A stretch of DNA of 64,000 bases from Amoebophrya sp. A120. Taxonomy: Eukaryota; Protista; Dinoflagellata. Location: NCBI GenBank assembly GCA_905178155.1, contig CAJINV010000001.1, positions 15,066,142 through 15,130,141 on the forward strand, given 5' to 3'. Under the pieces are notes generated by a model. It made no database searches. It was not told the DNA's origin and worked only from the letters and a program-made list of their open reading frames with translations. Below, piece by piece: positions 49,301-59,055 of the stretch; position 1 is the stretch's first letter, and each line of letters starts with the position of its first letter. The position numbers and the translations under genes were made by a program.

Positions 49301-52300
49301 CGTGAGAATGTCATACCCTCCCTGGCGAAGAAACATCACGAGTGCTCTGCCGAGAAGAAGAAAAGCGAGGAAAAGCTCGCGGAATTAAAACATTATGAGA
49401 GTGCACTAGCCCCTTTCTCCCTCATTTGCCATGCAAAGCGCCACGCCTGCGTGAAACTGTAACTGCAGCAGCGCAGGAGCAGGTCCTCCACTCCTTTTCT
49501 CATGCAGAGCACGACCAAATGAATATCATTATCATCTTCTTTTCTCGTTGTCCCAGAAAGTAGCCAACAAAGAAATCTCTTGGTATGCGGAACATTGGCG
49601 CACAGCACGGCCGTTTATGCCATGCAGCAGCTACGTTTGTGGTGGAGGTCTTCGTTTTGTTCAACTCTCTGCTGTACAGGCCTTTGAAAGAGGGTTAGAA
49701 GGAGTTTTGCACCCGCATAAGACGATGGACCACAAGGAGATCCAACCGCATATCGCAGAGAAAAACTTACGGCATCACGGGAGTCCTCGCACGGGAGCAG
49801 CAACGAGGTTGTCGTCCTTGGTTTTGCCCGCTTGGTGCAAAATAAAGAGGTACAGCCTCAAGTTCGCGTGTAAATGTGCAAACGCTTGCATGATAGAAAA
49901 CGGCGATCTAATTTGCATTATTTGTGGAACGCCGCGCGCCCACCGTTATGCAAATGGTTTTTCGCTGGATATCCCTGTTACTGGAGCTGCAAGGCATCCA
50001 CGAGAAGATAGAGAATTGGAAGAAAATATCAACTGAAGAAGCGCCCGCATAGCATGAGTAGTTTGAGCAGCAGCTACGGTATAGATATAATACAAGTTCT
50101 TCTTGTGGTTGGCGCATCGAAAGCCAGCGCCGTCGGAAAATCTTCGAGGAAGCTGCGCATCCTAGGATGTCCCTTCTTTAATATGCCGCTGCTTTTTTGT
50201 AATGTCGCTTTAGAACTATGGTATGCGGGTGATTTTCAACTTGATACAGACTAAACGGAGAATCGCATGCCGCTCAGTGTAGGGAGCGTTTGGAAGGTAA
50301 GAAGCCTGATTTGATGAATGGAATTTCGAAGGGAGTTTGACGCACGAATCCGTTTTCTAGCATCAATCGCTCTGTGCGTTGGAAGATCTTCCTGTCATGA
50401 ATAGGAAAGCCAATAAATGCTCACGAAAAACACAAAAAACTGAATAAACCAGGCCTGAAAGCCGAGCGGGACACAGCAGTTGCGATTTTGGAAAAGTTTC
50501 CCGCCCGGCAGGAAGCCCTCCAATCGAAGTTGCAAAACTTGGAGACCGAACAGAGGGATCTGCACGCCGGACGCGACGAGCGGAAAGCGAGCTACGAAAA
50601 ACAGGTGGCAGAATTGGACAAGAAGCGGAAGCCGCTCGACAAGGTGTCGAAGCAGAAGGATAGTGAGTGCGTCACGCTCGAAGGTACATACGAGTCGAAG
50701 GTGGAACAGCTCGAAAGTGTCCAAAAGAACGCGGGTCGCAAGGAGGCGGAGCTCGAAAAAATGCGAGCCGAAATCAAAGAAATGCAGGAGAAGACGGAGG
50801 AAGCGAACAAGGAGCTCGAAGCGCTGGAGGCCAAGCTGCAGGAGTGGGCCGACTTCGCGAAAGAGGTGCAGGCCGAGATTAAGGAGCTTCTGAAGAATAT
50901 CAAGGACGGAAAAAAAAAGCGGAGTACTAACGACCAGAAAATCTACGAACTGAGGCTGAGGGTAAGTAAGTTTACTGAGGCTGCAGGTCGTTTCGCGCAT
51001 TCTATTTTTTACATTACCTCGCACACAATGATGAATGTCTGTTGATCAAAAGTTGAAGTTCTCTTGGTCTGTGCGCTCAACTAAGAAACAATCGGAATAC
51101 TTCAGTTCGTATCGAATGCGAATGTGTCTGGGTCTGGAAGATTGGAGGAGTTTGGTTGGTTGGTTGGTTGGATAGCGCCTGTTGCCGGTGCAGGTCCCGC
51201 CCTCCATCGATTGCGATCCGGAGTAGCCGGAACACAGGGCCCTAGTGGCGCAATCGATCGACGAAGCGCTTTTTGACGAGTTTGCAGCCGAGCAGGCTTT
51301 ACATGGCCGGCGATGTCAGTCATGCATGCTCTTGCATCGCGCGCGTTTCATCGCGAAGGCGTGATCATGCCTATCCTGGATGAGAAATCAATGCCCCCTT
51401 CGGGTGGCAAAAGTCTGGATTCGTTGTATCTTTCGCTGCCCATTCAATACGGGTTTTCGCACCATCGGAAGCTAACGTCACGAACTCCGCCAATCTTTCC
51501 AGACCAAGACATTTGCCATGCATAGTTCGATCGGATGGAGATGGATGCGAAGAATATGAAGCACTACGTGGCCAAGATGAAGAAGCAGCACACCTGGTTT
51601 ATGCAAGGCGTTGCAATTATGATCTCAACTGTCACAATCAAAACGGACATTTTTGCTGATGCAAGGAGTACGCAATCTGGGTCTGGGCTACTCTCAGAGG
51701 AATTAGACGCATGACGGCTTCTGGAGTTGTCCCAGTCTGCATCATAATTATCCGGGGAAATTTGTATATCCAAAAAGTAGTGCGCCCGGTGGTCTGTCTC
51801 TGTCGTGCAAGATTCTGAATCCAGATTTTTCCATTGTAACGTGTGAGATTGTAACACCTGAGCCGGGTTATATGGTTGAAGAAAGACGAGCATAAATTCA
51901 ACGAGCCCAACGGGGACTACGACTTCGAGAATAAAGATATTAAAGCGATCAGACGCAAGCAAAACGAGCTCGAGGAAAGCATCCGGTCGCTCGGGAAAAA
52001 CATCAACAAAAAGGTCCTGCAGCAGCACGAACAGGCCGAGGACGCGTACTTGTTAATTAGTATGATGCTTCAATACATTAGATAGATCGATAAAACTTTT
52101 CTGTTTAGAAAGGGCACAGGCAAGCGATAGCATATAAATTCAAAAATTGGAGTGGGTCCTCGTTCAACGTCCTCAGGAACCTCTCACCAGAATATATAAG
52201 AACCGGGCAGACGCTAAAAACAAATAACAAGCTTCATCGCGCCTTCTTCACATAATTCGCAGGTTTAAAGATTTGCAGGAGAAGCGTGCACAACTGGAGG

Positions 52301-53252
52301 AAGACAAACTGACGATTGACACGCTGTGCCGGAAGCTGGACAAGAAGAAGGAGCAGGCCGTGCGGCACTGCCACGAGTTCGTGACCGACATTTTCGGCAA
52401 AATCTTCAGCACGGTGCTCCCGGGGGCGGATGCGAAGCTGGCTATCCCGGAGGGCATGACGGAACAGGAGGGCCTGGAGATCCGGGTTGCCTTCGGGGGC
52501 GTGTGGAAGAAGAGTTTGATCGAGCTCTCGGGCGGGCAGCGGTCGCTGCTGTCCCTGTCTCTCATCCTCGCACTGCTGCGGTACAAGCCCGCCCCGGTCT
52601 ACATCTTGGACGAGGTGGACGCGGCGTTGGACATGAGCCACACGCAGAACATCGGAAAAATGATCAAGGAGCAGTTTCCGGATTCCCAGTTCATCATCGT
52701 GTCGCTGAAGGAAGGGATGTTCACCAACGCGAATGTTCTCTTCCGCACCAAGTTTGTCGGCGGCGTCTCCCAGGTGGACCGAGAAGAAGGCGGGGCCGTG
52801 CAAGAGAAGAGGAAAAAAGAAGAGCAAAGACGCCGGGCAGCACTCGCAGCGGAGCAAGAAGAGGCGGAAGAGGATATCACACAGAAACTTCGACTTCTAG
52901 CCGATGACTTTTATGCCAGGTTCGTTACATACAGTTTGCATTGATGTTGAAGACATGTGAAGATGCGGATTCTTGTTCGCAGATTTTGTTATGCACATGT
53001 CATCAGGTTGTAGTGCGCTTTGGGATGGGAGTAAGGCGTACTGCATTTGGATAGGGAGTTTTCAGATTGATCATGCTAGCGTGTTTCTATGTGATAAGTG
53101 AGGAGGAAGAGGAGGACGAGGAGCTGGACGCGCAAGATGCCGGCCCGGACAAAAAGAAGCAGAAAACCTCTATTGCGGAGAGCAAGGCGAAGCGAAATAG
53201 TGCCGAAGGCGCGGGCGGAGGCGATCACAAGGCCAAGCGGGCGAAGGTCTGA
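43374..53252 (+). CDS. SMC2: Condensin subunit SMC2, split by at least 17 introns (region 48660-50480 only partly resolved)
   Basis: [61 protein letters not shown], hinge [59 protein letters not shown] introns at 45889-46177, 47058-47399, 48199-48350, 50962-51525 and 52046-52262. Confidence 0.97.
43685..43934. mobile_element. Introner (TIR ...AAACGCTAC..TCTCAACTGTTACGTGA), DR GTGAT/GTGAG
   Basis: About 42-bp imperfect TIR. Removal gives ISV(S/I)[14 protein letters not shown]. Confidence 0.88.
43997..44175. mobile_element. Introner family C, DR GTGCA/GTGCA
   Basis: TIR TATC..ACAGAAAAAAGC.GGCAGG. Removal gives NKNVQHQQV. Confidence 0.9.
44300..44470. mobile_element. Introner family C (inverted relative to the 47462 copy), DR GCTGT/GCTGT
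   Basis: TIR longer than 50 bp. Removal gives [11 protein letters not shown]. Confidence 0.92.
44625..44950. mobile_element. Degenerate introner, DR AGAAG/AGAAG
   Basis: Ends share GAAAAGCGC...CCAGAACTGG in inverted orientation. Removal gives [12 protein letters not shown]. Confidence 0.75.
45029..45285. mobile_element. Introner family A (subfamily shared with 51110), DR CGCAC/CGCAC
   Basis: TATCAAATGCAA...TTGCATTGGATA. Removal gives KFVIAHDYYE. Confidence 0.88.
45413..45685. mobile_element. Introner (TIR TATGCAATC(G)AAAATTT), DR ACTGG/AGTGG
   Basis: Removal gives NVE(D/E)WELQ. Confidence 0.82.
46443..46704. mobile_element. Introner family A, DR TCCAA/TCCGA
   Basis: Family A TIRs and interior. 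Removal gives KEIPNVENQ. Confidence 0.9.
46740..46955. mobile_element. Introner (TIR T.TGA.AGTGCACAA.TCCCC(C)TCCCCCTCATTTGT), DR GAAGA/AAAGA
   Basis: About 36-bp TIR. Removal gives KWKKQLSQE. A related left end recurs at 49394. Confidence 0.85.
47462..47636. mobile_element. Introner family C, DR GGAGG/GGAGG
   Basis: Near-perfect TIR of about 60 bp. Can also be read as GT-AG intron 47461-47640. Confidence 0.92.
48394..48636. mobile_element. Introner family A, DR CGGTT/CGGCT
   Basis: Interrupts the conserved SMC hinge motif GTMAGG|S. Confidence 0.88.
51110..51524. mobile_element. Long family A introner inserted at a canonical 3' splice site, DR GTTCG/GTTCG
   Basis: Family A TIRs. Flanks TTCAG|TTCG and CATAG|TTCG. 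Confidence 0.85.
51600..51872. mobile_element. Degenerate introner, DR TGGTT/TGGTT
   Basis: TAT...ATA ends and internal CTGGGTCTGG remnant. Removal gives [12 protein letters not shown]...DYDF. Confidence 0.75.
52875..53096. mobile_element. Family C-like introner with diverged DR (GAGGA/AGTGA)
   Basis: TATCACACAGAAAC...GTTTCTATGTGATA. Removal plus 5 bp joins the acidic SMC2 tail in frame. Confidence 0.75.
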
Positions 53253-54106
53253 GGTGGTCAGCACTATCGGAGTCCAAAGAAAACGATGCTATTCCTGTCG
53301 CGCTTTTACAGATGAAACTTTTACTTTTCACAAAATCAGCAAAATATCGACAATTCTATTTAAGCTTGAGCAGAACTCTAGAATGCAGAACCGATCATCG
53401 GGCGGTTCACCAAAATTCAAAGAGCTAAGGGTACGAGCGGATACGGATTTTTATCGAATTTACGAGCTGCACAATCCACAAAGCTGGATGAAGTGCTCAG
53501 ATTGAAAAGCTGAGAAGCTGCTGAGTTGCAGAAGAGTTGTAGCCGCTGCTTCTCCTGGTGTATTCTTTTGTTGCTGCTCAGATCCGGTGTTCATCCGTGG
53601 GCATACAGCGTTTTGTGTTTCCGGAGGATTTCAAGACAACTGCAGCATCTAACTGTGTCGGTTTCAGATGGTTGGTTTGTCGATCATGTTTTTTAGAACC
53701 ACGAGAATGGCTGGGAGCGAATCTCTTGTGAAAAATGCTGTGAACTGGAGCGGGTAGATGCAAAATTGAAAAGTTGCCTTGAGTTTGTTGGAGTTCTTCC
53801 GGATGATCGGCAGGCCAGTGGCGAAATAATATGTAATTGCCTACTGAATCTCTTTAATGTCTACCCCATAGTTTTAGTTTCGTTTTGTCGCAACATGAAG
53901 TAGTCCCAACCTGCTCTGTACGTAGTACAGATTGAGAAGTGTTGATCACAAACTAGGTTGTAAGCGTATAATCAGCGGTTTAGATGATGATCCTGCCACA
54001 ACTTGGCTTCGAGATCATGCTGACCGTGCAGCGTTTAGACAGATAGGGTAAGAACCAGTAAACAGCCCCATACCTCCACCAGCCGCACGAAATCTATAAA
54101 CCAAAA

Positions 54107-54559
54107 ATGTCGCTGTGGGGGCCGCGCAGTCCGGCGCAGCAACCCAATTTCGCCACTCAGTTTGGGATTGTTCAGGAGCCGTATGCGCTGGCCAGTCCTT
54201 TGCTCGGGCCGTCCCCGCGCGTCGACGGCCAAACCCCGAACCCGGGGTACGAACCCGTGACGGCCGACGACGTGCGGCGTGACCTCCCAGTGCCAGCGGC
54301 GCTTCGTGACAGCAACGCGGTAACGAACAGCCGGTACGCTGCGGCGGATGAGGCGTATACCGCATCACAAGTTCTTTTCCAGGCGGTGCAGAAAGCCGCG
54401 TCTCTACTCATCGGGACCTTTCTCATGCTGATACTCCTCTTGTTCGCGATCGCGTTTCTGTTTTACGGCTCCGAGCACATGACCGACAAAGCCGTCGATA
54501 GGCTCGGCGGCAGTGTCAGGGACGGGTTCGGGGGTCCAGGCGGCCCACCGGCGGTGTGA
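54107..54559 (+). CDS. Small single-pass membrane protein, 150 aa
   Basis: AAAAATG start context. Hydrophobic segment LLIGTFLMLILLLFAIAFLFYG. Confidence 0.7.
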   Translation: MSLWGPRSPAQQPNFATQFGIVQEPYALASPLLGPSPRVDGQTPNPGYEPVTADDVRRDLPVPAALRDSNAVTNSRYAAADEAYTASQVLFQAVQKAASLLIGTFLMLILLLFAIAFLFYGSEHMTDKAVDRLGGSVRDGFGGPGGPPAV

Positions 54560-55521
54560 TAACATTCTTGGTACAGCAGAAACAAGATCAAGTGTCGTTA
54601 TTTTGTGGAAAACAGTTGTGTAGAGGCTGCCACGACACGAATCTGGTGTTAATGTCCGGAACAATAGATGCAGTTCTCAAGCGGCATTTCTAAGGAAGAT
54701 GACGCCCCGGATTGATGTGTAGGATATGTTTGCTTCGCATCGCACAGTTTTTCTCCTTTCGAAGAAGCGCGAAACAGAAAATGAAGCTGTAGATAGCCCC
54801 GGAAAAGTTGGAAGATAAAGAACTATTGCGAGAAGAATTTTATTTCCCTCCGATGTACAATGAGTATTGAACACAGATGAAGTCCAATTCCAAAAGACGT
54901 GATGAAGTGATAGACAGTTGTCCCGACAATGATCTACAGAGGGGCTGCGCGCACCTTGAACCAGCACAGCAGCCTAGTGTTAGTACTGTGATGTCGGACT
55001 GTTTTCATGCCCATTTTCAAACAGAAATCGTTGGATTCATGTTGAAAAAGGAACCAGGATCAGGAACACAGCGAAGAAGATCTGGTAGATCAAGGGTCGC
55101 TAATGAGCTGAACAACAAACATGAGCTTTGGAGGTTCGACAAAGGTCCAGCATGGTTACTGTGACGAATCACTGAGTGTGTCCTGATTTTCGATCGAAAA
55201 CCAGCAATACATAGGTCTTAACGAAAAAGTCGTTTTGTTTCTATCATGAAATTTCAGAAAATCAGAATATTGTTTTGCTTCAGTATGCTCGATGGATAGT
55301 GCCCCACCCCCAGCATTAACCAAGGGCAAAGTCGACGCCCGCCATGGATGTGCGGTGCAGTGGCGTCCACGGTGTGTAGGATTTCTGAGTATAAGTGACG
55401 AAAAACGTACATCATTGAATTGATAAGAGCAGCGTCCGCGAGCCACCGGATCGCTTACTCATGAAGGTAAAATAGCATTATCGAAAGTTTGCCGTTGCAT
55501 TCATCAAACCAGACGAAAGAC

Positions 55522-58016
55522 ATGCGCGCTCTTGGGACAGCACTTATTACTTTCTTCGCCCCATGCGCGGTGTCGGCGTTGCGCCTTGGCATCGGTGCAG
55601 CGGGCGCGGACACTGTTTCAAGTGCCGGTATGCGATCGCCGGGGGAACACGAATCGGGCAGGCATGCACCCGATCCGGCCGAACAGCAAGGTGATGTGGA
55701 AGAAGCATTACTTCAGCAAAATTCAGCAGCACAGGGGCCAAAAGTCCCGATCCCACGCATTTTCGGGATTCCTCGGCCGCCGGAAGCCAATACTTGCTAC
55801 TTGAACGCTGCGCTGCAGGCCTTTTTGCGGTTTCCGCCAGTCTTCCGCCGACTTGCACGGTTCTGCCAGAAGGATGTTTCCCAGAAGGATGAAAACGACC
55901 CGGCGCACGGTTTCGCCTACTCCTTCTGTCAGATCTATTCCCGTTCCGTCGAACCTGGAGACGCAGGCGCAACAGCTGTGGTAAAAGCAGTCCAGGAGTG
56001 GCAGAAGCAGGTTTTTGCGGCAAAGATCGCGATCGACGGCAAAGACGCCAATGGCACACCACGCTGCTTGGATTACGGGGAACAGCAAGAGAGTAACGAG
56101 ATTATCCAGCGGATTCTGATGGAAGTGCAGAAAAAGAGAAACGGGAAAACTGATTCGCTCGAAAGCGTCTTTTCCGGGCTAGAAACGCAGAAACAGATGC
56201 GGCCGGCGAAGAGAGATCCCACGACAGGGCAACTCATTCCGACAGCTTCGGACTGCGTCGAGTTTTCACCGCCGCAGCCCCAGCACCTCGCAATTCAGCC
56301 TAATGGTGAAGTAGACACACTGGACGGGCAAGCGTTGATCGGGAAGAACTTTGTTCAGTCCTTTGACACGGATGCGAACACCCGGTGGAAATGGCACGAA
56401 AACCCGGTCTGCAAAAGCGAAACCGCCGACCGAACTGTCATAACAGAGAAAATCTCTTCGTTGCCGCCCTTCGCCCTCACGGTCGAAGTGCAGAGAACCT
56501 CACGCCACAGCTGTACAGCAACCGGCAGCTGTGACAAAAATAGTTCCCGCGTCGCCTTGCCGTTGCAGCTGGAGATTCAGCCCGAGTGGATGGTTGATGA
56601 AGATGACAAGAGCAGTACCAAGCCAGCCTCGTCGGCCATTTACCTTTTGCGTTCCTTCACCACGCATTTGGGACAGGGAGGGAACGCCGGACACTACGTA
56701 GCGTACGCGCGCGTTGCAGAGGAGGAGGGAGTCGAATCGGAGCCGCATGAGCGCTGGTTTCTATTCGATGACGCGAAAACGACCGCTCTTGACAGCATCT
56801 ACCCGGTTTTGCACTCGCCGAGCACAATGGCGGAAATACGCTATGCATTTTACGAGCGGGCACCGGAGGGGTACGTGAAGAGAAAAGAGCCAGAGGTGCC
56901 GGTAGTTCCGTTTGTGCCGCGAAGCGAACGTGTTGACAGGGGAAAAATCGCGGCCGCGGCAAATGTTCCTGCGCAGAAATCGCAAGTCGAGTCTGTGGTC
57001 GGGGGTGCATGGTCGCTTAAGGGTCTTCTCGGATTTGGAAAGCAGCCAAATCCTCCTGCACCGACTGTTACGAAACAAATTGTGTCGAGGAAACAGAAGC
57101 GCAAGAGGCGGCACGGTCTCTCCTGGACGTTGTCGTGTCCAAAACGCAGACGTACCCTCGATGCAGGTAAAAACGCGCTCATGGAAATCGCAGAACAGAG
57201 CCGCAGCAGGGAACAAGTGGGACCGGAAGGCAGGAACAATGACTCCCCACAGAAAGAACAATGCAAAAACATCGCAGAGGCGGAGGCGAGGGAACAAACC
57301 CAACAAGGCGAAACCGAGCCGCCTGATGAGCCACAGGCTTTTGTCGGAGACGGATTGCCCCCCTCCGATGGTTCGCCGGGTAGTGCCCGGAAGTGGCCAT
57401 CAACCGGACCGGCTCAGGGAGAGGACTTCTGCCTCGAACGAGTTTCAACGCGATTCTCCAGACGTAAGGAGACGCCATCGGAGGTTCTCGTTTTGGAAAC
57501 CGCATCGGCAGATATCCTGAGTAAAAACGTCCCCACACCAGAGTTGTCATGCAGATTTGCAATGACAGGAACATTTGTAATGCGCATCGCCAGGAGAGGC
57601 ATTTTTCGTCGTGTTTTGGAATTTGTAATGCTGTAAACAGGATGAGCAGATGGATTTCTGGTGCAGCTGGCCTTGCGAACCTGCACTACACTACGGACTG
57701 CAACTTGTGATGCGTGACCCCCAAAAGTTCTAGGTTTGTGTTGCAAAATCCCCATCTTGACTCTGGTGTGGGGACGTTCTTACTCAGGATAGCAGAGGAG
57801 GGATCATCAAATGTGCCGGACACGTCGAAGAAACGTAAGCAATTCACGTCGCGCTCCACTTCGCCGATCAAGGTTTGCTCCCCTTTCAAGCATTTGACGC
57901 CGGTGGGTAGAGCCAGACAGAAGATGAACTGCAAGTTTTGCGGGACGGTAAGTTTCCCCCTTCCGGACGCAATGACCGGGGACCGTCGTAGTCCTGCTCC
58001 AGGCAGCGCGATGTAG
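55522..58016 (+). CDS. Ubiquitin-specific protease (peptidase C19) with signal peptide; exons 55522-57512 and 57797-58016
   Basis: Cys box NTCYLNAALQ, GEQQESNE, His box HLGQGGNAGHYVAY, WFLFDD. N-terminal MRALGTALITFFAPCAVSA. Confidence 0.88.
57513..57791. mobile_element. Introner family B, DR GCAGA/GCAGA
   Basis: 32-bp near-perfect TIR, 279 bp. Removal gives TASAEEGSS. Confidence 0.92.
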
Positions 58017-59055
58017 CACGAAGAGAAGCACGCGAATGGAGAGTTCGTGCAGCTTGGACGAAAAGGACCTTCGCATGCGTGGAAGCCGTTGGAAGAAGAT
58101 GGACGGTTTCCGAGTAAATGGGAAAAACGAATAATTCCACCTACAGATCTGGTCCGTGGAGGACATTTGCGTTGCCGTAATCACGCAAAGTGTGGGAAGT
58201 CGTGGGCGTGGCCGCGTGGGATAAGCTACACTGCCGGCGTCAACAAAAAGAAGGCTTTCGAGAAGCACGTAAGGGCCTGCAGCTCTGTGTAAAGTAGAAG
58301 AATATAAAGATGTAGGATAAAGGCTAAGGCAGGAAGTGCACATTCGTGCCAACAAGTGAGTCAGATTTTTACCCGATGCGAAGGGCTTTACAGTTGCTGT
58401 AGTCAAACTTTCGAGCTAGCCTTACTCTGTGTGTAAGATGTTGTGAAATAAAGCTTTTCGAAAGGACCGGCCGTTCAGGGCAGGGATCGCGATGCTTAAA
58501 TAGAATAGTGTTTTGATTGCTGCGCGTGTTTACGTGTAACCAGAAACTGAAAGACCTTATTTCTGTACAGTTTTCAACTCAAAGGTAGACGTGGATCAAT
58601 TTTTCAGCCTCTTGAAGTCGAATTGCGGTGAACGTCTCAATTGGAGCACTGGATCCATTTCCAGCATTCGATCAGGGATCACTGTCTGCTTTTTTTTGGC
58701 ACCAACCTGCCAGACTTTTTTTTGTTCCGCTCCTCCTGCCACTGCGGCGAGATGATCACAAGCGAGAAAACGATCCCCGGCGTCGCACCACATTGAACTA
58801 ACAACTTACATGTACTTTGGCTTCGCAACCGTTTTTTTCTTTCGCTGGTGTTGCTGTACTTAACAAATAAAACTTCGCACAAATTAGTCTGTGCTGTGAT
58901 CGACGTCTTTCTCCTTCCAATGCCTTGAGTAGAACCTCAAGTGTTGTACGTTTTCTACTCCGTAGTTCGTGGACCAAACATTCGACTTTACCTTAGAGCT
59001 TTAAACTTCACACAATAACAACTGCAGCGTAGTTTCGACACGCAGCATTTCCAGG

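Noticed and set aside
43374-53252. SMC2 as a transposon-disrupted pseudogene
   Set aside because: ATPase and hinge motifs are intact, and every resolved interruption restores the frame on removal.
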